Below are positions 9,543 to 19,892 of a stretch of DNA of 64,000 nt, piece after piece; position 1 is the stretch's first letter, and each line of letters starts with the position of its first letter. The DNA is taken from assembly GCA_029007035.1 (NCBI GenBank), contig JAQXHC010000007.1, forward strand, positions 874 through 64,873, read 5' to 3'. Both the position numbers and the translations under genes were made by a program. The notes under the pieces were generated by a model. That model made no database searches. It saw only the letters and a program-made list of their open reading frames with translations, and was not told the DNA's origin. This DNA is from Oscillospiraceae bacterium (GTDB taxonomy: Bacteria; Bacillota; Clostridia; Oscillospirales; Ruminococcaceae).

Positions 9543-10873
9543 GCGGTACGGTAACGGTTAATGTGGCTGGAGCCGGACTTGCAGGCTGTGAAGCGGCATG
9601 GAGACTTGCTCAGAACGGTATAAAAGTAAGGCTTTACGAGATGAAGCCGGAAAAATTTTCGCCTGCTCATCATTACAGCGGATTTGCTGAACTCGTATGC
9701 TCTAATTCGCTGAAAGCTGCAAGGCTTGAATCAGCGGCTGGACTGCTGAAAGCAGAGATGGAACTGCTGGGTTCGCTGACAGTACCCTGTGCAAAGGAAA
9801 ACGCCGTCGAGGCAGGCGGTGCGCTGGCGGTTGACCGCGAAAAATTTTCCGACAGTGTAACGGCAAAAATAAAAAATCACCCTCTTATTGAGGTTGTCTC
9901 TGAGGAGCTTACGGCTGTTCCCGACGGTATGACCATAATCGCGACAGGTCCGCTGACCTCGGGAGCAATGGCTGAAAGTATCGGTCAGCTCTGCGGAGAG
10001 CCGCTGAGCTTCTATGACGCAGCCGCTCCGATAGTAACCTATGACAGCCTTGATAAGGAAAAAGTTTTCTTCGCATCTCGCTATGACAGGGGCGATGCGG
10101 ACTATATAAACTGTCCCATGAACAAAGAGGAATATCTTGCATTCCATGCGGCTCTGACGGCTGCGGAGCGGGTTGAATTAAAGGATTTTGAAACTCATCC
10201 GTTCTCGGTTTACGAGGGATGTATGCCTATAGAGGTTCTTGCATCAAGGGGAGTTGATACGATGCGCTTCGGACCGATGAAGCCTGTGGGAATCACCGAT
10301 AAGCGCACAGGCAGGCGTCCCTATGCCGTAGTACAGCTGCGCCGCGAGAATCGCGATGGTACGCTGTTCAACCTTGTGGGATTCCAGACAAATCTGAAAT
10401 TCGGCGAGCAGAAAAGGGTGTTTTCAATGATACCGGGACTGGAAAATGCCGAATTCATGCGTTTCGGAGTGATGCACAGGAACACTTTCATCAACAGTCC
10501 GGCATTGCTTAACCGTGATTTCTCAATGCGCAGCAACCCCGATATCTATTTCGCCGGACAGATTACCGGAGTTGAGGGATATATGGAGTCGGCTGCGAGC
10601 GGAATCATTGCAGGAACTGCTGCTGCAAGGAAAATACGCGGTCTTGAGCCGCTTAACCTGCCGATTGATACGATGACAGGTGCACTTTCTTCCTATATCA
10701 GCGACTCTTATAACAGCGGAAAATTTCAGCCTATGGGAGCGAACATGGGAATTCTTCCGGATATAGGTGTAAGAATACGCGACAAAAAGGAAAAATATGC
10801 CGTTTATGCCGACAGAGCGATAAGGTCACTTAAACGGGAAATGGAGAGAATCGGCTATGAAAATAATTGTTGA
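9539..10873 (+). CDS. trmFO: tRNA (uracil-54) methyltransferase TrmFO
   Basis: GAGLAGCEAA, ELVCSNS, GQITGVEGY. Confidence 0.96.
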   Translation: MSGTVTVNVAGAGLAGCEAAWRLAQNGIKVRLYEMKPEKFSPAHHYSGFAELVCSNSLKAARLESAAGLLKAEMELLGSLTVPCAKENAVEAGGALAVDREKFSDSVTAKIKNHPLIEVVSEELTAVPDGMTIIATGPLTSGAMAESIGQLCGEPLSFYDAAAPIVTYDSLDKEKVFFASRYDRGDADYINCPMNKEEYLAFHAALTAAERVELKDFETHPFSVYEGCMPIEVLASRGVDTMRFGPMKPVGITDKRTGRRPYAVVQLRRENRDGTLFNLVGFQTNLKFGEQKRVFSMIPGLENAEFMRFGVMHRNTFINSPALLNRDFSMRSNPDIYFAGQITGVEGYMESAASGIIAGTAAARKIRGLEPLNLPIDTMTGALSSYISDSYNSGKFQPMGANMGILPDIGVRIRDKKEKYAVYADRAIRSLKREMERIGYENNC

Positions 10874-11858
10874 CGGATTCGGGGGCGACAACGCTCCACT
10901 GGAGGTTGTGAAGGGCTGTGCAAGGGCTGTTTCTGAGCTTGGAGCGGAAATAATAATCACCGGCAGTAAGGAAAAAATCAATAAGTGTGCCGCAGATAAC
11001 GGAATCAGTCTCAGCGGCATAGAAATTGCCCATACCGATGATGTTTTTGATATTCACGAGGAGCCTGCGGAGATACTTAAATCAGGAAAGAATTCTTCGA
11101 TGGGTCTGGGATTGCAGCTTCTTGCCGAGGGCAGAGGAGACGCATTTGTTTCTGCCGGAAGCACAGGGGCACTGGTCATGGGTTCAACCTTTATCGTTAA
11201 GAGAATCAAAGGGATTAAGAGAATAGCTCCGTCTCCGGTTCTTCCCGGAGAAAACGGAAACTTCGTTCTCGTTGATGCCGGTGCAAATACGGAATGCCGT
11301 CCGGAAATGCTGGTCCAGTTCGCGGTAATGGGAAGCGCGTATATGGAAAAGGTTATGGGAGTTAAAAATCCAAAGGTCGGACTGCTCAATATCGGAGCTG
11401 AGGATACTAAGGGCAGAGACCTTGAGGTTGAGGCATATAAGCAGCTTAGCCGTTCGGGACTTAATTTCGCAGGCAATATCGAAGCAAGAGATATGCCAAA
11501 GGCGAATGTTCAGGTAGTTGTGACCGACGGATTTACGGGAAATATTGCACTGAAGCTCTATGAGGGAATGGGTTCGTTTTTTGCCAAAAAGCTTAAATGG
11601 ATCTTTTCCGGCGCAGGTAAAATAGGAGCGGTATTTTCTCTCGGCAAGATAAAACAGTTTAAAAATCAAATGGACTACAAGGAGGTAGGCGGTTCGGTTC
11701 TTCTCGGAGTGAGAAAGCCTGTTATCAAGGCTCACGGCAGCTCCGATTCAACCGCTTTCTTCAATGCGGTCCGTCAGGCGAAACGATGTGCGGAGGAGGA
11801 TATCATCGGCAGCATCGCAAGTTGTGTCGGACGGATTTCCGACTCTTCGGAGGAATAA
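10857..11858 (+). CDS. plsX: phosphate acyltransferase PlsX
   Basis: VDGFGGDNAP, SAGSTGA, DGFTGN, IKAHGSS. Confidence 0.95.
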   Translation: MKIIVDGFGGDNAPLEVVKGCARAVSELGAEIIITGSKEKINKCAADNGISLSGIEIAHTDDVFDIHEEPAEILKSGKNSSMGLGLQLLAEGRGDAFVSAGSTGALVMGSTFIVKRIKGIKRIAPSPVLPGENGNFVLVDAGANTECRPEMLVQFAVMGSAYMEKVMGVKNPKVGLLNIGAEDTKGRDLEVEAYKQLSRSGLNFAGNIEARDMPKANVQVVVTDGFTGNIALKLYEGMGSFFAKKLKWIFSGAGKIGAVFSLGKIKQFKNQMDYKEVGGSVLLGVRKPVIKAHGSSDSTAFFNAVRQAKRCAEEDIIGSIASCVGRISDSSEE

Positions 11859-11863
11859 TAATA

Positions 11864-12556
11864 ATGGAAAATATTCAGAAGTTTGAAAAAATTATCGGAT
11901 ATACATTCAAAAATAAGAATCTTATTCATCAGGCGCTTTCACATTCTTCCTATGCAAACGAGAAGAAGCTCCGCGAGGGGAGCAATGAACGCCTTGAATT
12001 TCTTGGAGACAGCGTGCTTTCCATTGTCGTTTCCGAGTATCTTTACAGGAATTTTTCACATATCGCGGAGGGCGATCTGACCAAGCTGAGAGCGTCGCTT
12101 GTGTGTGAAAAGTCGCTTCATGTCTTTGCAAAGGAGATAAAGCTCGGAGAATTCCTGCTGCTCGGAAAGGGCGAGGAAAATACTGGCGGACGGGAAAGAC
12201 CATCAATTCTTGCGGATGCGTTCGAGGCGGTAATCGCAGCAATTTATCTCGACGGCGGCATCGAGCCGGCAACCCGTCATATTCTTCGTTTTATCCCAGA
12301 GGATATTGTTCATCAGAAAAATGCAGCGTTCAGTGATTTCAAGACAATTCTTCAGGAAATCGTTCAGAAGAATCCCGAGGAAAAGGTGGAGTATATACTC
12401 ATCGGAGAGGAGGGCCCCGACCACAACAAGCGTTTTGTAGTGGAGGTCCGGCTCAATTCCAACGTAATCGGAACAGGCAAGGGCAGAAGCAAAAAGGAAG
12501 CAGAGCAGCTTGCTGCCAAGGAAGCGCTTGAGCTTATGGGCTATGAAGCACAGTAA
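11864..12556 (+). CDS. rnc: ribonuclease III
   Basis: NERLEFLGDSVL signature and dsRBD; start corrected to the ATG after GGAGGA. Confidence 0.96.
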   Translation: MENIQKFEKIIGYTFKNKNLIHQALSHSSYANEKKLREGSNERLEFLGDSVLSIVVSEYLYRNFSHIAEGDLTKLRASLVCEKSLHVFAKEIKLGEFLLLGKGEENTGGRERPSILADAFEAVIAAIYLDGGIEPATRHILRFIPEDIVHQKNAAFSDFKTILQEIVQKNPEEKVEYILIGEEGPDHNKRFVVEVRLNSNVIGTGKGRSKKEAEQLAAKEALELMGYEAQ

Positions 12557-13535
12557 TATCTCGTTTTTTGTGCCGCATATCGGCTGTCCGAATATGTGCA
12601 GCTTCTGTAATCAGCACACAATCAGCGGAGCACAGTCGGCTCCGACGGTGGACGAGGTAAAAGCGGTATGTGAAAAGGCGCTTGGCGAGGTTGGATCTCC
12701 GGAAAATTCGGAAATAGCGTTCTTCGGGGGCAGCTTTACTGCGATTCCGAGAAGCTATATGACCGGTCTGCTTCAAGGTGTTCAGGAATTTATCGGAGAT
12801 AAAAAATTCCGCGGAATCCGGATATCGACCCGTCCTGACTGCATAGACAGTGAAGTTCTTGAGCTTTTGAAGCGGTATCACGTCACATCAATCGAGCTTG
12901 GGGCACAGTCTATGAGCGATGCGGTTCTTGCCTCAAACGACAGGGGACATACTTCTGCTGATGTGGTGAACGCGAGTCGGCTGATACGCGAAAACGGCTT
13001 TGAGCTTGGCTTGCAGATGATGATTGGTCTGTATGGAAGTTCTGAAAAAGACGAGCTTGAAACCGCGGAAAAAATAATTTTGATCCGTCCCGATACACTG
13101 AGGATTTATCCTGTTGTAATACTCAGAGGGACAAGACTTGCGGAGCTGTATGAATCGGGGATATATAAACCGTTTTCGTTCGACACTGCGGTGGAGCTTG
13201 CTGCTGAAGTCATGATAAGAGCGGAGAAAAGCGGAATCCGCGTAATCAAGTGCGGACTTCATGCCAGCGAATTCGTTGAGCAGGACGCTGTCGGCGGATT
13301 TTATCATCCTGCATTCCGGGAGCTTTGTGAGAATCAGATTTACAGGAAAAAAATTGCGGAGCTTATCGGCGGGAAATGCGGAAAATACGTAATATCCGTC
13401 GCTCCTGACTGTATAAGCAAGGCGGTCGGACAGCGAAAAAGCAATATAGATTATTTCAATAAAATCGGAATAAGCATAAAAATCATCGGTGTTGAGAATA
13501 TGGATAAATATCAATGCGAGCTTAGGAGTGAATAA
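12543..13535 (+). CDS. radical SAM protein (Elp3-like core)
   Basis: CPNMCSFC (CxxxCxxC), AFFGGSFT, ISTRPD, IELGAQS. Confidence 0.88.
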   Translation: MKHSNISFFVPHIGCPNMCSFCNQHTISGAQSAPTVDEVKAVCEKALGEVGSPENSEIAFFGGSFTAIPRSYMTGLLQGVQEFIGDKKFRGIRISTRPDCIDSEVLELLKRYHVTSIELGAQSMSDAVLASNDRGHTSADVVNASRLIRENGFELGLQMMIGLYGSSEKDELETAEKIILIRPDTLRIYPVVILRGTRLAELYESGIYKPFSFDTAVELAAEVMIRAEKSGIRVIKCGLHASEFVEQDAVGGFYHPAFRELCENQIYRKKIAELIGGKCGKYVISVAPDCISKAVGQRKSNIDYFNKIGISIKIIGVENMDKYQCELRSE

Positions 13536-16500
13536 ATGTACCTTAAATCACTGGAAATACAGGGCTTTAAGTCGTTTCCCGACAAGATAAGCCTTACCTT
13601 CGACAAGGGACTTACAGCAGTTGTCGGACCGAACGGCAGCGGAAAAAGTAATATCGGCGATTCCGTACGCTGGGTTCTCGGCGAGCAGTCAACAAAGACG
13701 CTCAGGGGAAACAAAATGGAGGACGTTATTTTTTCCGGTACTGTTGCGAGAAAACCGATGGGATTTGCCGCCGTTACGCTGAATATCGATAATTCCGACG
13801 GCTCTCTCCGCGAGCAGGGGGACGAGGTTGCGGTTACGCGAAAGCTCTATCGCAGCGGCGAAAGCGAATATATGATTAACGGCAGACAGGTTCGGCTTAA
13901 AGACATAAACGAGCTGTTTATGGATACCGGTCTCGGCAGGGACGGATATTCCATAATCGGTCAGGGACGAATTGCCGAAATCGTCGGAGCAAAGAGCAGC
14001 GAACGGCGCGACATTTTTGAAGAGGCTGCGGGAATCTCAAAATTCCGGTATAAAAAGGCTGAAGCGGAGCGAAAGCTTACAAATGCACAGGATAACATTC
14101 TCCGTCTCAACGACATAATCTCCGAGCTTGAAGGACGCGTTGAGCCGCTGAGAATCCAGTCTCAGAAAGCGGAGAAGTTCATCAGACTTGCCGAGGAGCG
14201 GAAAAAGCTTGAAATATCGGTATGGGTCAATCGTCTCGACGAATATAAGAGAAAGCTGGATGAGCTGGACGAGAAGCTCCTTGTCAGCCGCAGCGAGTAT
14301 GAAAATATCGAAAGCGATATTCGCCGTCAGGAGGAAAAAAGGCAGGAGGGTTATGCGAGAATGCAGGAATGCACCTCCATATCCGACGAGCTGAGGCGAA
14401 AAATGCTTGAGGAGGAGCAATCCTCATCACTGAAGAAATCAGACATCGCTGTACTTGAAAACGACATTCTCCACTGTACCGAAGCTGTCGAGTCGGCACG
14501 TAAAAATATCGGTAATGCCGAGGAAAACAAAAAGGCTCTCGAGTCAGAGCTCGCTTCGGCAGAGTCGGAGCTTGACAGCCTTTCAGAACGAAAAAATGCT
14601 CTTAAAGCCGAGATTGAAGCGACTGAGCGGAGCTTCTCGGACGCTGAAAAACAGGTCAGCCTTGTGGGAGAGGATTTCGATAAAGCAGGCAGCAGGATAA
14701 ATAATCTTTACATAAAGCAGAGCGAGTATCGGTTTGCCGCAGAATCGGCAAAATCTGCCGCCGAGGATGAAATCAGGCGTCTTGAAGAGCTTCGAGGAAG
14801 CGGAACTGATTTCAGTGCGGCGATTGAGAAATACGAGTCGGAGGCGGCTGAACTTGAAAAATCCTCGGAGAAAAATTTACAGTTGAAGCAGGAGCTTATC
14901 AACAGGCTCAGCGGACTGGAAAAGCTCTATAAATCGAGGAGAGACGGCTTCGAGCAGTCCCGTGCGGACTTTGAAAGACTGGTATACGGACTGAAAGAGA
15001 AGCAGCAGAGGCTGAAAATACTTTCCGACCTTGAAAATAATATGGAGGGCTTTGCAGGCAGTGTAAAGGCAGTTCTGAAAGCCTCCAGGCAGGGCAGGAT
15101 AGGCGGTGTTTTCGGGACTGTCGCACAGAATATAGGAGTAGAGCCGCAGTATGCAGTTGCGATTGAGACGGCTCTTGGCGGTGCGATGCAGAACATCATC
15201 GTCGAAAATGAGGACATCGCAAAGAGATGTATACGCTTTCTGAAAGAGCAGAAAGGCGGACGCGCCACATTTTTGCCGGTAACATCGGTAAAGGGAAGCG
15301 GACTTCGTGAACAGGGACTTGAAGCCTGTGAGGGCTTTATCGCCTGTGCAGACAGGATAGTAAGCTTTGACCCGAAATTCGGCGGAATTATCAGCTGGCT
15401 GCTGGGAAGAATAGTAATCGCGGAGGATATTGATTCCGCTGCGGTCATCGCAAAAAAATACGGATATAAATTCAGAATCGTAACTCTTGACGGACAGGTT
15501 ATCAACGCAGGCGGCTCGTTCACCGGCGGCTCGGCGCAGAAGTCTGCAGGAATCATCACAAGAAAAAATGAAATTGACGTGCTCGGCGCGGACATTGAAA
15601 AACTTTCCGCTGAAAGGGACGGTATGCGCGCTAAGACCGAAAAACTCCGTGCAGAGTCGGAAAAGCTGCGCTATGACATAGAGGGAGCAAAATCGGAGCT
15701 TACCGAGTGCGAGAATACTTCGGTGAGAATCGGAGCCGAGCTTTCCAGTCTCAGATCATTGACAGAGCAGGCAAGGCTGCAGGAAAGCAATTCGCAGAAG
15801 CTGATTGCCGATTCCGAGCGGAAAATCAAGCAGCTGCGCGACTCGGAAAAGGATACTGATAAAGCTCTCTCCGAGCTTGAATCGGAGATAAAAGCTGCTG
15901 AAAGCGAGCTTGCCAGAAGTCAGGACGAGCGCGACAGACTCCGTTCCGAGCGTAAGGCGCTTTCCGATAAGCTTTCGGAGCTGAAAATCAGAGGGATTGA
16001 GCTTGAGCGTGACGAGCAGGCACAGAAGCTTGAAATCGAGCGTATAAAGCTCCGCAGGACCGAACTTGAAAGCGGAAGCAAGGAGCTTGAGTCGGAAATC
16101 AGACGTCAGGAAGAGATAATTCTCCGTAAACGGAACGAAATCGAGAAAATAAAGGCGGAGCTTGAATCAATAAAAAGCAACGCTGACACATATAATCAGC
16201 AGATTGAGCAGCTGCGGCAGAGTTACACCGAGCACAGCAGGCTTGTAAATGAAATCCAGCGCGGAATGCAGGAAATCAACAATGCCAAGGAAAAGCTTTC
16301 GGGAGAGATTACCCGTCTTGAAGAACGGCGTGAGACAAATTGCCGCGACAGCGACGGAATAATCCGCCAGCTGCTGGAGGTCTACGAGCTTACGCGCTCG
16401 GAGGCGGCGGCACAGGCAGAGAAAATATCCGATGTTGAGGGAGCACGCCGTCAGCTCACTGAAATCAAGAACAAAATCCGCTCACTCGGCAACGTTAATG

Positions 16501-17120
16501 TGGGAGCAATCGAAGAATACAAGGAGGTTTCCGAGCGATACGAATTTATGTCGGCTCAGCTCGAAGATGTCCGCAAATCGAAAGCCGAGCTGGAAAAAAT
16601 CATTTCAGACCTTACCGGTGAGATGTGCAGAATTTTCTCCGAGAGCTTCGCAGTGATCAATGATAATTTCAAGGAAATATTTGTTGAGCTTTTCGGCGGC
16701 GGCAAGGCGGAACTTATACTCACTGACCCTGAAAATGTCCTTGAATCGGGCATTGAGATAAGCGTGGCGCCTCCCGGAAAGGTCATCAAGAATCTGATTT
16801 CGCTTTCGGGAGGAGAGCAGTCGTTTGTAGCAATCGCCATATATTTCGCCATTTTAAGGCTGAGACCTGCGCCGTTCTGCATACTTGACGAAATCGACGC
16901 GGCTCTTGACGAGGTGAATGTCAGAAAATACGCGCAGTATCTCCGCAACTTCACCGATACCACGCAGTTTGTGCTCGTAACCCACCGCCGAAGCGCGATG
17001 GAGGAGGCGAATGTCCTCTACGGCGTAACCATGCAGGAGGACGGTATATCCAAGCTTCTGCGTATGGAACAGGTGGATTTTCAGGGCGGAGACGAAACGG
17101 AATCAATAGAAACCGAATAA
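13536..17120 (+). CDS. smc: chromosome segregation protein SMC
   Basis: Walker A GPNGSGKS, coiled coils, hinge GRATF, LSGGE, LDEIDAALD. Confidence 0.97.
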   Translation: MYLKSLEIQGFKSFPDKISLTFDKGLTAVVGPNGSGKSNIGDSVRWVLGEQSTKTLRGNKMEDVIFSGTVARKPMGFAAVTLNIDNSDGSLREQGDEVAVTRKLYRSGESEYMINGRQVRLKDINELFMDTGLGRDGYSIIGQGRIAEIVGAKSSERRDIFEEAAGISKFRYKKAEAERKLTNAQDNILRLNDIISELEGRVEPLRIQSQKAEKFIRLAEERKKLEISVWVNRLDEYKRKLDELDEKLLVSRSEYENIESDIRRQEEKRQEGYARMQECTSISDELRRKMLEEEQSSSLKKSDIAVLENDILHCTEAVESARKNIGNAEENKKALESELASAESELDSLSERKNALKAEIEATERSFSDAEKQVSLVGEDFDKAGSRINNLYIKQSEYRFAAESAKSAAEDEIRRLEELRGSGTDFSAAIEKYESEAAELEKSSEKNLQLKQELINRLSGLEKLYKSRRDGFEQSRADFERLVYGLKEKQQRLKILSDLENNMEGFAGSVKAVLKASRQGRIGGVFGTVAQNIGVEPQYAVAIETALGGAMQNIIVENEDIAKRCIRFLKEQKGGRATFLPVTSVKGSGLREQGLEACEGFIACADRIVSFDPKFGGIISWLLGRIVIAEDIDSAAVIAKKYGYKFRIVTLDGQVINAGGSFTGGSAQKSAGIITRKNEIDVLGADIEKLSAERDGMRAKTEKLRAESEKLRYDIEGAKSELTECENTSVRIGAELSSLRSLTEQARLQESNSQKLIADSERKIKQLRDSEKDTDKALSELESEIKAAESELARSQDERDRLRSERKALSDKLSELKIRGIELERDEQAQKLEIERIKLRRTELESGSKELESEIRRQEEIILRKRNEIEKIKAELESIKSNADTYNQQIEQLRQSYTEHSRLVNEIQRGMQEINNAKEKLSGEITRLEERRETNCRDSDGIIRQLLEVYELTRSEAAAQAEKISDVEGARRQLTEIKNKIRSLGNVNVGAIEEYKEVSERYEFMSAQLEDVRKSKAELEKIISDLTGEMCRIFSESFAVINDNFKEIFVELFGGGKAELILTDPENVLESGIEISVAPPGKVIKNLISLSGGEQSFVAIAIYFAILRLRPAPFCILDEIDAALDEVNVRKYAQYLRNFTDTTQFVLVTHRRSAMEEANVLYGVTMQEDGISKLLRMEQVDFQGGDETESIETE

Positions 17121-17136
17121 CCCGAAAGGAGCTATT

Positions 17137-18354
17137 ATGGGACTTTTTTCAAAAATCAGAGACGGTCTGAAAAAGACTAAGGATTCGTTCATAGGCACGA
17201 TTCAGAGGGTTGCAAACTCCTTTACGAAAATCGATGAGGAGCTTTTCGAACAGCTTGAGGAAACTATGATTATGAGTGATATAGGGGTGGAAACGTCCCT
17301 TGAAATATGCAATTGCCTGCGTAAAAAAATCAAGGAGCGCGGCATTATCGACCCTTCAATGATTATGGAGCTGATTCAGGAGGTTATCGCTGAGATCATG
17401 GGCGATGATACGGGACTTGACCTTACCGTTTCTCCTGCGGTTATCATGGTGATCGGCGTTAACGGAGCGGGCAAAACAACCACGATCGGCAAGCTCTGTC
17501 ACCAGTTCAGGGCAGAAGGAAAAAAGGTTATCGTAGCCGCTGCCGATACATTCCGTGCTGCCGCGATAGACCAGCTTCAGGTATGGACTGACCGTGCAGG
17601 TGTCGAGCTTGTAAAACATTCTGAGGGTTCCGATCCGGGAGCCGTAGTTTACGATGCACTCGAAGCTGCAAAGGCTCGTCACTGCGACGTTGTGATTATC
17701 GACACCGCAGGACGTCTCCACAATAAGAAGAACCTTATGGACGAGCTTGCTAAGATCAACCGAATAATCGATTCTAAGGCAGGTGACTGCTCGCGCGAGG
17801 TGCTTCTTGTCCTCGACGCGACAACAGGTCAGAATGCAGTAAATCAGGCGCGTCTTTTCAGCGAAACAGCGCCGATTACCGGCATTGTACTTACGAAGCT
17901 TGACGGTACGGCAAAGGGCGGAATTGTCATTTCAATAAAGAACGAGCTGGGAATTCCCGTTAAGCTTATCGGAGTCGGCGAGAAAATAGATGATCTTCAG
18001 CCATTTGACAGCCGACAATTTGTCGATGCACTCTTTGACGGAGTAGTTGATGCGAAATCCGATGATGAGATTGAAACTGAATCTGCTGAGGAAACGGATG
18101 AAACCGAGCCTGAGGAAATTGCTGAGTCTCATGAGCCTGAATATGAGGCTGAATCCGAACCTGTTCCGGAGCCGACTGAAATTGAAACTGTTAATTTGGA
18201 TGATGACATCGATAAAACAGATAATTCCGATGATGAACCGACAGACGAATCCGATTCCGAAGAAGAATCAGATGACGAAGCAGAGACTGAGGAAGATCTC
18301 AGACCGAAAAAGCGTTCATTCTTCGGCAAGCTGTTCGGAGGTGACAGAAAGTGA
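17137..18354 (+). CDS. ftsY: SRP receptor FtsY with C-terminal acidic extension
   Basis: GVNGAGKTT, DTFRAAA, DTAGR, TKLDGTAKGG. Confidence 0.96.
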   Translation: MGLFSKIRDGLKKTKDSFIGTIQRVANSFTKIDEELFEQLEETMIMSDIGVETSLEICNCLRKKIKERGIIDPSMIMELIQEVIAEIMGDDTGLDLTVSPAVIMVIGVNGAGKTTTIGKLCHQFRAEGKKVIVAAADTFRAAAIDQLQVWTDRAGVELVKHSEGSDPGAVVYDALEAAKARHCDVVIIDTAGRLHNKKNLMDELAKINRIIDSKAGDCSREVLLVLDATTGQNAVNQARLFSETAPITGIVLTKLDGTAKGGIVISIKNELGIPVKLIGVGEKIDDLQPFDSRQFVDALFDGVVDAKSDDEIETESAEETDETEPEEIAESHEPEYEAESEPVPEPTEIETVNLDDDIDKTDNSDDEPTDESDSEEESDDEAETEEDLRPKKRSFFGKLFGGDRK

Positions 18355-18944
18355 TCGACAAAATCGTAATGGCTACCAACAATGCAGGAAAACTTCGTGA
18401 GGTAAGGGAAATCCTCTCTCCGCTGGGAATTGAAGTGATCTCACAGAGGGAAGCGGGAGTAAACTGCAATCCGGATGAAAACGGCGAAACTTTTGCAGAA
18501 AATGCCATGATTAAGGCGAAAGCTGTCTATGAAGCGACAGGACTTCCTGTAATCGCCGATGACAGCGGACTCTGCGTTGACTTTCTCGGAGGCAGACCGG
18601 GAGTTCATTCTGCCCGTTATGCTCCTGACGGCGAGAAATGTTCAAAGCTTCTTTCTGAGATGACAGATGTTCCTCAGGAGAAGCGTCGCGCAAGCTTCAA
18701 CTGCACAATTGCATATATCGACGATGATTGCAGTTTTACCGTCAGCGGAGAATGTCTTGGTTACATCGGCTACGAGGAGCGCGGTGAAAACGGCTTCGGC
18801 TATGACCCGGTTTTTATTTATGGTGACAGGACTCTCGCAGAAATGACGGCAGAGGAAAAAAATAAAATCAGCCACAGAGGTGCGGCGCTTAAAGCCTTGT
18901 ACGCTCAGCTGAAAAGAAAGGTGAATAAAGATGCTGACAAGTAA
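18351..18944 (+). CDS. rdgB: non-canonical purine NTP pyrophosphatase
   Basis: ATNNAGK, ADDSGL, GFGYDPVF, KISHRG. Confidence 0.93.
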   Translation: MIDKIVMATNNAGKLREVREILSPLGIEVISQREAGVNCNPDENGETFAENAMIKAKAVYEATGLPVIADDSGLCVDFLGGRPGVHSARYAPDGEKCSKLLSEMTDVPQEKRRASFNCTIAYIDDDCSFTVSGECLGYIGYEERGENGFGYDPVFIYGDRTLAEMTAEEKNKISHRGAALKALYAQLKRKVNKDADK

Positions 18945-19236
18945 ACAAAGAGCGTATCTGCGCGGAATCGCGTCAACGTACGAAACGATATTTCAGATTG
19001 GCAAGGGCGGAGTTACCGAGGTTCTCTGCAAGGAGATAGGAGATGCGCTTCGCAGGAGAGAGCTTATAAAGCTCAGAGTCCTCGATAATTCCGGTTATAC
19101 CGCAAGAGAAGCCGCCGACGAGATAGCAGAGGCTACAGGTGCAGATGTTGTTCAGGTTATCGGAACGAAGTTCGTGCTTTTCAGGCGTAATCCCAAGGAA
19201 CCCGTTATTGAGGGAATCCCGAAGGATAATAAATAA
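18931..19236 (+). CDS. yhbY: CRM-domain RNA-binding protein
   Basis: MLTSKQRAYLRG, QIGKGG, ELIKLRVL. Confidence 0.92.
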   Translation: MLTSKQRAYLRGIASTYETIFQIGKGGVTEVLCKEIGDALRRRELIKLRVLDNSGYTAREAADEIAEATGADVVQVIGTKFVLFRRNPKEPVIEGIPKDNK

Positions 19237-19239
19237 TTC

Positions 19240-19836
19240 GTGCGCACGGGTATTTTCGGAGGGAGCTTTAATCCCGTCCACAAGGGACATATTCACCTTG
19301 CAAGGGCAGTAATGGATGAGCTTTCTCTTGACAGGATTATTTTCGTGCCGTCGAAAGTTTCTCCTCACCGTTCAAGCGCTGAGTACGTTTCAGGTGAGGA
19401 CAGAATGGAGATGCTGCGTCTTTCGTTCGGAAACGACAGCCGGTTTCAGGCAAGCGGATATGAGCTTGGTGAGGATCGTGTGAGCTACACCATTTATACG
19501 ATTGAGCATTTTCGCAGTCTCTATCCCGACGACGAGCTGTTTCTGCTCGTTGGGAGCGATATGCTGATGTGTTTCGACAAGTGGTACCGGTTCAGGGATA
19601 TACTCTCGCAGGCGGCTCTTGCGGTTGTTTCGAGAAAGAACGGCGATATGACCGAGCTGCTTGAAAAAGCGGAGGAATTGTCGGAATACGGCAGAATAAT
19701 CGTATGCAAAGCCCCTGCTGTTGAGCTATCCTCGACAGAAATCAGAAAAAAAATTGCAAAAAATGAGAATTTGACTTGCTATCTTGACGAAAATGTAGTA
19801 CAATATATAAGATACAGGGATTTATATTCAAAATGA
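19240..19836 (+). CDS. nadD: nicotinate-nucleotide adenylyltransferase
   Basis: GGSFNPVHKGH, SYTIYT, LSSTEIR. Confidence 0.95.
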   Translation: MRTGIFGGSFNPVHKGHIHLARAVMDELSLDRIIFVPSKVSPHRSSAEYVSGEDRMEMLRLSFGNDSRFQASGYELGEDRVSYTIYTIEHFRSLYPDDELFLLVGSDMLMCFDKWYRFRDILSQAALAVVSRKNGDMTELLEKAEELSEYGRIIVCKAPAVELSSTEIRKKIAKNENLTCYLDENVVQYIRYRDLYSK

Positions 19837-19892
19837 AGCCGCTCATCTGAGGTTATTACTGATATGCAGCGGTTCGGACGAGGTGAAATTCA

